A program made the translations under genes and the position numbers. DNA of 64,000 nt, from positions 31,248,001 to 31,312,000 of the forward strand of contig OZ024755.1 in NCBI GenBank assembly GCA_964016885.1, read 5' to 3'. The notes beneath the pieces were generated by a model. The model did no database searches and was not told the DNA's origin. It saw only the letters and a list, made by a program, of their open reading frames with translations. This DNA comes from Eledone cirrhosa (lineage: Eukaryota). Positions 40,572 through 53,419 of this stretch are shown in pieces; positions within the stretch are counted from its first letter, which is position 1; every line of letters starts with the position of its first letter.

Positions 40572-40806
40572 CCCACCAACACACACACACACACAACCCA
40601 CCAACACACACACACACAACCCACCAACACACACACACACACAACCCACCAACACACACACACACACACACAACCCACACACACACACACACACAACCCA
40701 CCAACACACACACACAAAACCCACCAACACACACACACAAAACCCACCAACACACACAAACACACAACCCACCAACACACACACACACAACCCACCAACA
40801 CACACA
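39725..40806. repeat. (AAAACCCACCAAC(AC)n) compound repeat
   Basis: Direct inspection. Confidence 0.92.
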
Positions 40807-40897
40807 CTATGTTTTCGTCCTGTACTGTCATAGTGTTTTTCTTGATGTAAACCCTTTGTGGTTAATAAAGAAATAAATTATTACTATTATTTGTTAG

Positions 40898-40987
40898 CCA
40901 AGAGGATTAACCAACCACCAGTTGCCATAATAAAACCAACATCACTCCAAATCAAGGTATCTACATCTGCTATACTTGACGGTTCAG
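40898..40987 (+). CDS. KIAA0319L: Exon 7: PKD2 start
   Basis: ttgttag|...G|gtgagt. Encodes PKRINQPPVAIIKPTSLQIKVSTSAILDGS. Confidence 0.9.
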
Positions 40988-41930
40988 GTGAGTTGATTGA
41001 CTTGTTGCACCACACCTCTTTTATGTATTTCATGTTATTAATTCTTGGTCATTTAGTAATGTCTTGGCAGTGTAATTTGGTAAATAGACTGTTTAGAAGT
41101 TGGTTGTATATACGTGTGTGTATGTCTGTGTGTGTATGTCTGTGTGTGTGTGTGTGTGTGTATATGTGTTTATCTTTACTGTTTATGTCCCATTACCTAG
41201 CAGTTCGACAAAGAGAGATTGCTAAAATAGTACTGGGGTTGATATGATAAACTAAACCTTTCCAAGCATTGCCACAGTCAAATCACTGAAACCAATAAAA
41301 GAATATGTTCAGGGTTGCTCAGTTCTTTGAGGACTTTTGCATGAATTTAGTAAAAGATGCATAAGTCATGGAAGAAGAGATATATTTAAGAAAGAATAGG
41401 TCTGAATAATCTGGAGAATTTGACGCATCTACTCAATAAATCTGTCATTAGTATCAATGACTGATTCACTACGACGTCTGAAACATTGACATGACAGAAT
41501 CAACTGATTTTGCTCTATTTTAGACATTGTGTTAGTTAGGGTGTATTTCAGAGATTGTATAGTGTTGTGGGGTGGGGGTGGGGGGTTTACTTCCTTCATG
41601 ACTGTGGGTGGGGTGGGGTTACTTCCCTCATGACTATGGTCCATACGTAGTAGACCAACAGATTCAGGTCTTGCGAGCTTGAGGCCTCATGTTTCGGGGC
41701 GACATTGTGGAGATTGTAACTTATCCATTCTTGAGTTGCCGTGGCTTTATGAGATGACACAGAGTCTTGGTAGGTATAGGGTGTTCCTTTGTTGACTCGT
41801 GGGCCTCATGACACCCACCAACACCTCCTTATAGTGAGACCCTTAATCTGTGAGGAAAGAAGGGAGGAGATGTCTCATTGCTCACAACTGTCAGAAGAGA
41901 AGAAACATCAGTTTCATTGCTCACAACTGC

Positions 41931-43782
41931 CAACCACCACTACCATGACCACCACCACCACCACCATGACCACCACCACCACCATGACCACCACCACCAC
42001 CACCACCACTACCATGACCACCACCACCACCATGACCACCACCACCACCACTACCATGACCACCACCACCACTGCCACCACCACCATCACTGCCACCACC
42101 ACCACCACCACCACCACTACCACCCCTACTACCACCACCACCACCACTACCACCCCTACTACCACCACCACCACCATTACTACCACCACCACTACAACCA
42201 CACCTACCACCACCACCACTACCACCACCACTACCATCACTACTACCACCACCACCACCACTACCACCACCACCACTACCACCACCACTACAACCACCAC
42301 CACTACCACTACAACCACTACCACTACAACCACTACCACGACCACTACAACCACGACCACTACAACCACCACCACCACCACTACAACCACCACTACCACC
42401 ACCACCACTACAACCACTACCACTACAACCACTACCACCACCACTACAACCACCACCACCACTACAACCACCACCACCACCACCACCACCACCACTACAA
42501 CCACCACTACAACCACTACCACCACCACCACCACCACCACAACCACCACAACCACCACCACCACCACCACAACTACAACCACCACCACAACCACCACCAC
42601 CACCACTACAACCACCACCACCACTACCACCACCACCACCACCACTACCACCACCACTACAACCACCACTACAACCACCACCACTACAACCACCACCACC
42701 ACTACAACCACCACCACTACAACCACCACCACCACTATCACCACCACTACAACCACCACCACTACCACCACCACTACAACCACCACCACCACTACCACCA
42801 CCACCACCACCACTACCACCACCACTACAACCACCACTACAACCACCACCACTACAACCACCACCACCACTACAACCACCACCACTACAACCACCACCAC
42901 CACTATCACCACCACTACAACCACCACCACTACCACCACCACTACAACCACTACCACCACCACTACCACCACCACCACCACCACCACTACAACCACCACC
43001 ACTACCACCACCACCACCACCACTACCACCACCACTGCAACCACCACTACAACCACCACCACTACAACCACCACCACCACCACTACAACCACCACCACTA
43101 CAACCACCACCACCACTATCACCACCACTACCACCACCACCACTACCACCACCACTACAACCACCACTACAACCACCACCACTACAACCACCACCACCAC
43201 CACTACAACCACCACCACTACAACCACCACTACCACTATCACCACCACTACAACCACCACCACTACAACCACTACCACCACCACTACCACCACCACCACC
43301 ACCACCACCACCACTACACTACCACCACCACCACTACAACCACCACTACCACTATCACCACCACTACAACCACCACCACTACAACCACTACCACCACCAC
43401 TACCACCACCACTACCACCACCACCACCACCACCACCACCACCACCACTACAACCACCACCACCACTACACTACCACCACCACCACCACCACCACCACTA
43501 CAACCACCACCACCACTACACTACCACCACCACCACCACCACCACCACCACTACAACCACCACCACCACTACACTACCACCACCACCACCACCAACACCA
43601 CTACAACCACCACCACCACTACACTACCACCACCACCACCACCACCACCACTACAACCACCACCACCACCACTACCACCACCACTACCACCACCACCACC
43701 ACCACCACCACCACCACCACCACCACCACCACTACAACCACCACCACCACTACACTACCACCACCACTACACTACCACCACC
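41931..43782. repeat. 1.85-kb (CAC/TAC/AAC)n trinucleotide array
   Basis: Intronic. Source of the spurious poly-T, poly-H and poly-V ORFs. Confidence 0.95.
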
Positions 43783-43814
43783 TCTATAGTTTTCTCTTGT
43801 TTAATCTATTGCAG

Positions 43815-43947
43815 ACAGTACAGATGATATGAAGATAGTGAAATATAAATGGGAGGAAGTGAGTGGTCCTATCAACGGCAAACCTATTGAGAGTAATGCC
43901 TCCATGTTGAAACTGAATCATCTGGAACCTGGCAAGTATCAGTTTAA
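43815..43947 (+). CDS. KIAA0319L: Exon 8: PKD2 middle
   Basis: ttgcag|...AA|gtaagt. Encodes DSTDDMKIVKYKWEEVSGPINGKPIESNASMLKLNHLEPGKYQFK. Confidence 0.92.
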
Positions 43948-43967
43948 GTAAGTAGAATCTTCATAAT

Positions 43968-44605
43968 CATCTGCCTTCCATCAATGTCAGGGGTTGCCTG
44001 GGCCTTCAATTGCCTTCCATGAATGTCAGGGGTTGCCTGGGCCTTCATCTGGCTTACATCAATGTCAGGGGTTGCTTGGGCCTTCAATTGCCTTACATCA
44101 ATGTCAGGGGTTGCTTGGGCCTTCAATTGCCTTACATCAATGTCAGGGGTTTCTTGGGCCTTCAATTGCCTTACATCAATGTTAGGGGTTTCTTGGGCCT
44201 TCAATTGCCTTACATCAATATCAGGGGTTGCCTGGGCCTTCAATTGCCTTACATCAATGTCAGGGGTTTCTTGGGCCTTCAATTGCCTTACATCAATGTC
44301 AGGGGTTGCCTGGGCCTTCAATTGCCTTCCATGAATGTCAGGGGTTGCCTGGGCCTTCATCTGGCTTACATCAATGTCAGGGGTTGCCTGGGCCTTCATC
44401 TGCCTTACATCAATGTCAGGGGTTTCTTGGGCCTTCAATTGCCTTACATCAATGTCAGGGGTTTCTTGGGCCTTCAATTGCCTTACATGAATGTCAGGGG
44501 TTGCCTGGGCCTTCAATTGCCTTACATGAATGTCAGGGGTTGCCTGGGCCTTCATCTGGCTTACATGAATGTCAGGAGTTGCCTGGGCCTTCATCTAGCT
44601 TACCT
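43968..44605. repeat. 39-bp minisatellite, about 16 copies
   Basis: (catcaatgtcaggggttgcctgggccttcaattgcctta)n. Confidence 0.93.
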
Positions 44606-45435
44606 ACAGCTACCTGGTCGATCCAGGGCTTTACTACCTCACTCAGAACGCGGATGTAGCCATCAGTGTTCAGCTTGAGGCCCTCAGGGAAGAAGTGAGG
44701 TGGCATGACGTCACCTTGACTGTTGACGATACCTAAGACCAATGTTGTCGCTGGAAACTTTGTCTGCATGACTCTGGGCACGTCTATGGATGAGACAGCG
44801 AGCCACCTGTTGTTCTGAAGTTTTTCTCGTCGGAGAAAAACCACAGCATGTCTGGCTCCAGTGGGTGTTTCAACTTCTTGATCAGCTTCTTTGCGTGCTT
44901 CAGTCGCTTTTCTTGCATCGCCTTTGACAGAAATTGTCCTTTCCTCATCTTGTATGAAACGTAGCGAATGTCTTCATGTACCACCGGCCTAATGAGCTTT
45001 TCATTCATGTCTTTCTCCCTTGCAATGGCACGCATCGACTTGTTAGGTTCATTGTTGATGATATCCTGAACTTCAGCGACGAACTCGGGCGTTCTGAAGG
45101 CGTCAGATCGTCGATCATGTGTTTTCCTCTCTGATGTTGCTTCATAGTTGAATCCTGAATCATCCAATTCCTTTTTGACCTTTTCCACCATTCTCCTGCT
45201 GACGCTGAGAAAGTCTAAAATTTGCTTATTTGTCTTCCCGGCGCGGATTCCAAGAAGAACTCTGTGTCGCATCCACAAATTTGGAGGTTCAAAATTATTC
45301 ATAATCAATTATTCTGAAAATAAATAATGGAAATATAGTCACTGTTTTTATGAAGACAAGAGTGACAACGGAAGTACAAAAAATTGGCATAAAATTACCA
45401 GTTGAAAATTGCAAACAAATATCGTCCACACCCTG
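44606..45435 (-). mobile_element. 3'-truncated Tc1/mariner (maT-like) transposon
   Basis: TA + TIR CAGGGTGTGGACG. HTH region, then WFFSDEKNF, a frameshift, and NNRW...PPHFF...YIRVL..VVKPWI. Truncated before the second catalytic Asp. Confidence 0.88.
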
Positions 45436-45610
45436 TATATACATATATATATAGTACCATATATATATATATACATATATATACATGCATATACATATAT
45501 ATATATACATGCATATATATATATACATATATATACATGCATATATATACATATACATGCATATATATACATATATATACATGTATATATACATGTATAT
45601 ATATATATAT

Positions 45611-45650
<40 letters not shown>

Positions 45651-45902
45651 ATATATATATACATGTATATATATATATATACATGTATTGTGGCCGTGTA
45701 GGCAACGCGGCAAAAACCTCCCAGCCCCACACTGTAAATGTGGTTGGTGTTAGGAAGGGCATCCAGCTGTAGAAAACCCGCCAGACAGTCCTATGCGAGC
45801 AAGACAACCATTCTTGCCTCAAGTGGGAAAACCCCCGTCCAAACCCATGCAAGCGTGGAACACGGACGCTAAACCCGATGATGATGATGATGATGATGAT
45901 AC

Positions 45903-45962
<60 letters not shown>

Positions 45963-45968
45963 ATATAC

Positions 45969-46048
<80 letters not shown>

Positions 46049-46105
46049 ATATACATGTGTATATATATATATATATGTGTGCATGTATATGTATATACAT
46101 GTATA
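45436..46105. repeat. (TA)n/ACATGT microsatellite containing a SINE 3' fragment (45689-45901, +)
   Basis: Direct inspection. ggttggtgttaggaagggcatcc followed by a (GAT)n tail. Confidence 0.85.
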
Positions 46106-46125
46106 TAATTGATTTTTAATTCCAG

Positions 46126-46190
46126 ATTAACTGTGACTGACTCTGATGGTGCCAGCAACCACACCCTAGCTAATGTTACCGCCATTAAAG
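46126..46190 (+). CDS. KIAA0319L: Exon 9: PKD2 end
   Basis: ttccag|...G|gtctgt. Encodes [21 protein letters not shown]. Confidence 0.9.
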
Positions 46191-46316
46191 GTCTGTTGTT
46201 TACCATATCAGACAATCACACTTTCATTTCATTTATACATTGTTACTAATCTTCTAAATATATGCCAAACCATTTTATATACATACATCATCATCATATA
46301 TATGTATATGTATGTT

Positions 46317-46360
<44 letters not shown>

Positions 46361-46491
46361 GTAGAAATAAACACAGTAAATTGTGTGTCTAAAATTACGA
46401 GGGTAGAAGTACCACATTGGTTTGATAAATTTAACCTGAAGCAAACAGAAGATATAGAATATATATACAGACCGTCTCAATAACTATTTCA

Positions 46492-46578
46492 TCTCTCGGA
46501 CAGATTAGAGATTTAATCTGTTTCGCCCTGAAAATTGTGTTTGTAACAGATACTCCGTAGGCTATCCTCAGCGAGAGA
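46492..46578 (-). ncRNA. Type I hammerhead ribozyme motif with stable stem III
   Basis: The - strand reads TCTCTCG CTGAGGA ta GCCT..GGGC GAAAC AGATTA aatctc TAATCT GTC CGAGAGA: 7-bp stem I, 8-bp stem III, GUC cleavage triplet. Confidence 0.8.
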
Positions 46579-46731
46579 CAAGATTAAATGGAACAAACAC
46601 ATACAACTAAAAGCCACACGAATAAATATCTCACCTCGTGCACTGGACGTTAGAAGTGGTGTTAGTGGATATGCTAGAAACAATAGCCTTAATACACCCA
46701 ACTTATAAGCTCACCTAGTTAGGGAGCCAAA

Positions 46732-47042
46732 ATACAAATAAAATACAGAGTTACTAACTCATATTGATACCCTGTAATTAACAAGCTCAAAGTATAAATA
46801 CTGAGAGGATTGGCAGTATCGGTAGAGGGTCGGATGCCATGCTTTGACGCATAGAGTTACGGCCCTTGCGATTCTGAGTTCGAATCCCGCCCGTGGTTAA
46901 CTTTGCCTTTCATCCTTATGGGGTCGATAAAATAAAGTACCAGTAATGCACTGGGATAATTATTGGCCTTGTGCCAAATGTAGAAACAATTATGTTAATT
47001 ACAGGTATCAATATGGTTAGTAACTCTGTATTTTATTTGTAT
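46732..47042. repeat. About 50-bp inverted repeat enclosing a SINE family 2 copy (46806-46992, +)
   Basis: atacaaataaaatacagagttactaac...gtaattaaca / tgttaattac...gttagtaactctgtattttatttgtat. Confidence 0.8.
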
Positions 47043-47059
47043 ATATATATATATATATT

Positions 47060-47760
47060 TCTTCACAAGAACATAGTCGATCAGATGCCACACCTTCGAC
47101 CCAGGGTTCATCCACGTTGTCTTCAAGTTATCCTTTCGCTGGAACATCGTGCTTGCAATGAACAAATCTAACTCCACACACATCTGCAGCAAGAGACTAT
47201 TGCTGTTACATTTCCCTATGCCATGTCTGCCGATCACATCCCAAGTCTCATAATCCCTGCCAACGTGTGCAACAATTTTGTCTGCTGAAGGAATCTTTTT
47301 GACAAGTTCCTTCAAAGACCTTCTTGTCTTCATTGGAGTTCATTGCCGGGGTATATACACTGACAATGGTAAGGCAGCGATTGTACATCAGAGGAATTCT
47401 CATTGACTATCACTGATGCCACTTGGAAACTGGTCAATTGTCTGCACCAAAGACGTTTTCACTGCAAAAGCCACACCTGCCTCCCTTTTGCATCCTGCTG
47501 CTCTGCCACTCCAGTAAAACGTGTAGCCACTGGACATCTCAGTGATGTGACCCTCTTTGAGTAGCCTTGTTTCAGATAAGGCAACAATGTCCATATTGTA
47601 TCGTCCCAGCTCTTTGGCAACAAGATCTGATCTTCTTTCTGGTCGTGATTCTGAAGACACCAAATCTAATAAGGTCCGAGTGTTCCAGCGACCAATATTT
47701 ATAGGTTTAAACTTCTTCTTCTTTGCAGTGACAGGATGATGACTGGGCCCATGCTACGGT
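47060..47760 (-). mobile_element. BovB-like RTE 5' fragment (APE endonuclease)
   Basis: IGRWNTRTL, ELGRYNMDIVALSETRL, GVAFAV, TTWMNP.SKVWHLIDYVLV. Confidence 0.88.
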
Positions 47761-48233
47761 GCCATGGGACACCTGCTAGGCCAGACCCTTTCAGCATCAG
47801 TTCCAGCGCCCCCATTGCCATTAATTCGTACATTATCATGGTTCATCATTGAATATTTTTGCCGTTTTTGGCTATGGCCAGCTACAATGCAACAAATAAT
47901 TTGTTTGAATCAATCAGACGATGCCAGTGCTTGAAACTACCCTTGGTTTTATGATACCAAACTTTCTGAAACCAACCTTGGTTTTATGATACCAAACTGT
48001 TTTATAATGTTTATATTTATCTAAAACCCTTCCAACATAATTTTATATAAGAACTTTTTTTACATTCCAAAAACCAGCTTAATAATGAGAAAGCTATAGT
48101 AGAAAATCCCTCCAAATTCTGAATGATTTTCTAACAATTTGAAATAATAGGCAATGTTTTTCATCAGAAATATTGTAAGAAGAGGGTTAATTAAAATATA
48201 GATGATGTATTATATTAGAAATATAATTATTAA

Positions 48234-48447
48234 CCCTTTAGCATTTACATTATTCTATAGATACTATTGTATTTTCATAGTAAAGGCTTTATCTTACATA
48301 ATTATCTCTCACAGTATCGAATCTATGAGATTTTTTTATTTTCAGAACAATACCTTAACATCAGTATGAATGGCCAGTTATAGCTGGTTTGAACAGAAAG
48401 ATGTGAGAGAGTTCTGGCCGGATACGGCCGGTTTAAATGCTAGAGGG
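48234..48447. mobile_element. piggyBac-like MITE with TTAA TSD
   Basis: TTAA|CCCTTTAGCATTTA ... TAAATGCTAGAGGG|TTAA. Second copy at 55241-55461. Confidence 0.8.
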
Positions 48448-48479
48448 TTAAATGTTTTCATTATTCTCTTTCTTTATAG

Positions 48480-48640
48480 AAACTGATTACCGTCCCACAG
48501 CGAATGCAGGATCTGATGTTGTGATCAATCTTCCAGAGAATTCTGTAACTCTCTATGGTAATGACAGTACTGATGATAAAGGTATTGTCAGCTATGAGTG
48601 GACAAAGTCATCAGATGACCATTTAGTGGCAGATATGGTG
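48480..48640 (+). CDS. KIAA0319L: Exon 10: PKD3 start
   Basis: tttatag|...GTG|gtaagt. Encodes ETDYRPTANAGSDVVINLPENSVTLYGNDSTDDKGIVSYEWTKSSDDHLVADMV. Confidence 0.93.
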
Positions 48641-49062
48641 GTAAGTTAACTTTCAGCTTATTTTCTCACCCCAAAACTGCCTTTTAAAATCCAATTGACA
48701 GAGCGACTAGAAGATGAGATGTTTTGTGTTATTTCAGCTGTCTGTATTCAGAGTTCAAATCCTGTTCAGGTCAACTTTGTCTATCATCATTTCAGAATCA
48801 ATAAATGAGCTACCAGTCCAGTGGATTGGGGAAATTGTTAAAATAATTTTGAAAGTAATAAAAGATTTTGAGAGAATTAGCACAACTGCCTCATTATTAA
48901 GCTGATGTTTGAAACATAATTTAACACAAAGGTTCTTACACAAAATTATGATGAAAGATTTTTAGATAAATATAAACAATTTAACCCTTTTGTTAGTATA
49001 TTTCTAATGAAATATTGTGCTTATGTGTTTTAATTAATTTTTAATTTAATGTGTATATATAT

Positions 49063-49880
49063 ATCTATCTAAGGCGGGTAAAATTCCCGAGATCCATGGA
49101 CGAGTTCTCTCCAGCGGTCTCTGTCCCTCATTATCGCTGCCATGTCCTGCGTCTCCAACAGACCAGTGTCTGTCCTTAGGGCATCAACATACGTTAACCT
49201 TGGTCTTCCTCTTTTAGTGTGTCCATGTAGGGGCTCCCAAAGGAGCACTGAGTGCAATGTCAACTCTGGATGTCAACAGGATGATTCTTAACAGGATCCA
49301 GCCTGAGATGGAGAAGAAGCTCAGGGACAACCAGAATAGCTTCAGAGAGGGTAGATCAACCACCAGTCACATCCTGATGCTGAGGAGGATATTAGAGGGA
49401 GTTAGAGCAAAGTGCCTTTCTGCGGTCATGGTTTTCATTGACTTTAGGAAGGCCTTTGATTCTGTGGACCGTTACTGCCTGATGAAGATCTTACAGGCTT
49501 ATGGAATCCCCAAGAAGATAGTGGACCTGATATCACTGCTCTACACCAACACCAAAGCCCAAGTCATTACACCTGATAGGATGACAGAGTTCTTTGAGTT
49601 ACTGGCTGGAGTGCTCCAGGGAGATACATTGGCTCCCTACCTTTTTATCATCGTAGTGGACTATTGTATGCGCCTTGCACTGGAGAAACACCAGGACTCT
49701 GGCTTTACTGTAGCACCGGCTCAGAGCAGGAGAGTTAGGGCGAAAAAGGTATTGGATGCTGAATTTGCCGACGACATAGTTTTGGTGACAAATACAGTGA
49801 AGGAGGCAGAGGATTTGATGTGGGAGGTTGAGACTGTGTCGATGAGTGTGGGGCTGAGAATGAATGAGACTAAAACAAAA
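49063..49880. mobile_element. RTE family B fragment with inverted 5' part
   Basis: About 49063-49274 on - is the 3' end with (ATAG)n. About 49275-49880 on + is RT (FIDFRKAFD, GVLQGDTLAP, FADD). Confidence 0.88.
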
Positions 49881-49881
49881 G

Positions 49882-49932
<51 letters not shown>

Positions 49933-50799
49933 TTATATGTAACATGTAACCCAGTACAACCGGTGCATGACAAGCTTGGAGGGGAAGGTGATTTTGGACA
50001 CCCTGCAGGAGGAAAAACAAAACCTCGTCAAAGGTCGGAGAAGCTCAGGAGTGTCAACGGCCATCCAATAAAGCATTTTTTTTTTTTGTGGAGCGAGAGC
50101 CCCCTAGTCTTCATTAAGACATCTCTCTCAGAGAAGGTCACTCTGATATAAAACCTGCAACATCATTTACATCCAATGATGTAGACCAGTTCTTCTTTTG
50201 GGGCAAATGCATTCGATGTTTAGGGAGTGGGGTTGGCCCATGCAAAGCTTTTCCTGATTTGAGAAAGCTTCAAGCACAGGCATCGTTTCATTGATATGTA
50301 ACATTTTTTGCAATGCATGGGTAAATCCCTAACAGGAGTAAAAAGCCAGGTCTGTGATGCTCATGCTTAAATATCTACTGATGGCATTACTTCATATCAA
50401 GTTGCAGCTATCATCATCATCATCACACGTCCATTCTTCCACGCTAGCATGGGTTAGACGGGCTGTCCTGTTGTGGGCAATGCTAGGTCAGGTGACCATG
50501 TCTTGCTCATATGGAACTGATTTTGGGTTGATTTCTACAGCTGGATTCCCTTCCTGACACCAACCTCATTTACAATGAGTACTGGGTGCTTTTTTTACTG
50601 TGGTGTATACACAACCACTTTACAGTGTGGACTGGGTGCTTTTTGTTGTGACACCTACGCCACCACTTTACAGTGGGAGGGGTGGAGGCATATTGTCTCT
50701 ATGCTTCAGCTTTGGCTTGTAGCCGTGAGAAGTTGGGTCTTTTGTATATATATAATACATGCATATATATATGTGTGTGTGTGTGTGTATGTATGTATC

Positions 50800-51715
50800 C
50801 GGGCTCCTGGTGTTACCCTGCCTAGGAGACTGAATGCTGCTCGTCTTAGAGATAATAATGTGAAGAGGACATTGCGGGAAGAGATGCATATTACAGATTT
50901 TGGTGAGGATTGGTTGACCCTTAAAAAGTCGGTTTATGATGTAGGTAGGCGTGACCTGGCTCACATATCAACACCACCTTAAACAATTGGGAGCGCTTCC
51001 ATCAGATGTGTCTCAGACAGATCCATGGCTTTCACTGGAGGGATCACATCAGTGATGTCAAGATTTTGGAAAGCTCTCTGTGTGAAAGTATAGAATCTCT
51101 TGTGCTTAAGCAAAGACTCCGATGGAGTGGTCACCTTGCCAGGATGAAAGATTCTAGAATACTGAAACAACTTTTTTTATGGAGGGTTAATTAAAGGAAA
51201 ACAGCCTCCATATAAACCAAAAAAAGAGGTATATGGATTCGTTGAAAGATCCTTGAAAGACGCTAACATCTCTGCTGATAATAAATGGAGAAAGACTGTA
51301 CATGAGGGGAAAGTTGCTTTTGAAGCATCTCAAATCGCACACGAGAAAGTAAAGAGGGATGTCAGGAAGGGCATTACTGTTGCATTTCCAGACAGCGAAG
51401 GTCCTCTTATGGCACTGACACGCAGCGTCTGTGCGAGACTCTGCTTCAGCAAAGCTGGACTCGAAAGTCATCTTCGCAGTCATAAAGTGAGACCAGTGGT
51501 TGACTACCAGGTTGCTGTCGGAGATGCTACTCATCATGCCTGCCAAGCATGTGGTCGAGAGTGTAGATCAGCAGGAGGGCTCAAGTGACATGCAAAAGTA
51601 CATCAACTCCGACCACAGCCGGCTATTCCCAGTGAATGTTTTGGTTGCCGACTCTGTGCAAGACATTTTAGATCACTGGCTGGGCTAAAAAGCCACATTT
51701 GATCGCAACACCGTT
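50800..51715 (+). mobile_element. Degenerate BovB-like RTE 3' part with three C2H2-like fingers
   Basis: CLRQI...RLRWSGHLARM; CARLCFSKAGLESHLRSH, CQACGRECRSAGGLK*H..VH, CRLCARHFRSLAGLKSH. Confidence 0.78.
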
Positions 51716-51817
51716 AATTGTAATTGTGTGTGAGTATATGTGTGTGAATGTGTATGTATGTATGTATGTATGTATGTATATATATGTGTGTATGTATATA
51801 TATATATATATATATGT

Positions 51818-51981
51818 TTATTCTGGGTTCAATCAGGAGTAACCACAGTAAGGTACTCAATACATAGCAGAGTATAAATATTTAATATAGAAATGGCTTC
51901 TACAGGACTAGAACTGTTTCATCCAGAGCTTCCTGATGATTTTCTCTGGATGAAACAGTTTTAGTCCTGTAGAAGCCATTT
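51818..51981. mobile_element. TATTGAGTAC-family element with 38-bp fold-back and hammerhead-like core
   Basis: Arms 51891-51928 and 51944-51981. CTGATGA at 51933, GAAAC at 51952, GTC at 51964. Flanked by (TA)n. Confidence 0.78.
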
Positions 51982-52344
51982 ATATATATATATATATATA
52001 TATATTTATTTATTTATTTTTTATTATTTTTATTATTATTATATTTTTTTTTTCGTGCAATGACCATACTCGATAACAATGGGGCAGCCATCACGTATGT
52101 ATGTATGTATGTCTGCATGCATGTATGTATGTATGTATGTCTGCATGTATGTATGTATGTATGTGCAGGTATGGATGTTATTGTATGTGTGGATATTTAT
52201 GTTTTGAGTTGTATGTGAACATGTGCATATGCTTTGTATCTGCACATGTGTATATGCAGTTATTAGATGCAGAATTTTTGGAATGTTTTACATATTTTTA
52301 CTGTTCCATTAATAGATGTGTGTATGTATGTATGTGTGCATATG

Positions 52345-52754
52345 TCATCATCATCATCACCGTTTTACGTCCGTTCTTCCATGCTAGCATGGGTTAGATG
52401 GGTTGTCCTGTTGTGGGCAGTACAGGAACTGATTCGGGCTTGATTTCTGCAGCTGGATGCCCTTCCTAACACCAACCTCATTTACAGTGAGTGGTGGGTG
52501 CTTTTTTTCCGTGGTGCCTACACGTCCACCTTACAGTGTGTGCTGGGTGTTTTTTTGCCGTGGCACCTCCATGTCCACTTTACAGTGGAATGATATGGAC
52601 CCCAGTCCCTATCATCTCATTTCTACAGCTGAGTAAACTGGAGCAATGTGAAGTAAAGTGTCTTGCTCAAGGAAACAACACATCACCCGGTCCGAGAATT
52701 GAATTCACAACCTTTCGATTGCAAGCCCAATGCTCTAACCACTAAGCCATGCGC
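52345..52754 (-). mobile_element. tRNA-derived SINE, near full length
   Basis: Reverse complement of the 11783-12116 family. Confidence 0.85.
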
Positions 52755-52943
52755 GTATGTGTGTATAAATATGTATATATGTATATATGTCTGTTTCCAT
52801 GAATTCTAAACAAAAATCTTTGGAATATGTTTGTGCTGACCCACTGTTTATGTGACAGATAACCACTTAATTCTGTCCAATCCCTGTTAGAGAGTTTGGA
52901 ACAATAAATGTTGATATCAATGTATTATTTCTTATTGGTGTAG

Positions 52944-53067
52944 GGTGTTCGCTCACCAGTTTTGAAGATTTCAAACCTTGAGGTGGGAAATTACAAGTTT
53001 ACACTGAAGGTTACTGACACTGGGGGACAGAATGCAACAGCAGACGTCCATGTTTTTGTGAAACCAG
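52944..53067 (+). CDS. KIAA0319L: Exon 11: PKD3 end
   Basis: gtgtag|...G|gttagt. Encodes GVRSPVLKISNLEVGNYKFTLKVTDTGGQNATADVHVFVKP. Confidence 0.92.
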
Positions 53068-53419
53068 GTTAGTGGAAGCTTATTTCAGATGTAGTCATCC
53101 CAACACAGATCACTATAATAATAGTTGAAAGAAATCAAGTAAAGTTCTCTAGAGATGGTAAAATATAGACAGAGAGTTCTACGGGAAATCAAAGCACATA
53201 TCTCTTATATTTTTCCCTTATACATACTATTATATATTCAGGGTGTGCCAAAAATAATTGCCTGATTTTATTTACAATTTTTACAAATGCTCAAATTTTA
53301 TCAAAATGTATAAAAGTTATAAAAAAAAATAATGAAACTTTATATTCAAACATGTTATTGCATGGTTATAGGGTTGTTTAGAGAGTATAGCCTTTTGAAA
53401 TATAGCCTGTGTATATATA

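Noticed and set aside
41789-43827. Poly-Thr, poly-His and poly-Val ORFs suggesting a mucin exon
   Set aside because: A trinucleotide array lying between two exons that split PKD2 in phase; including it would break the domain.
53237-53270. Solo CAGGGTGTGCC Tc1/mariner-like TIR
   Set aside because: No partner TIR or transposase sequence found.
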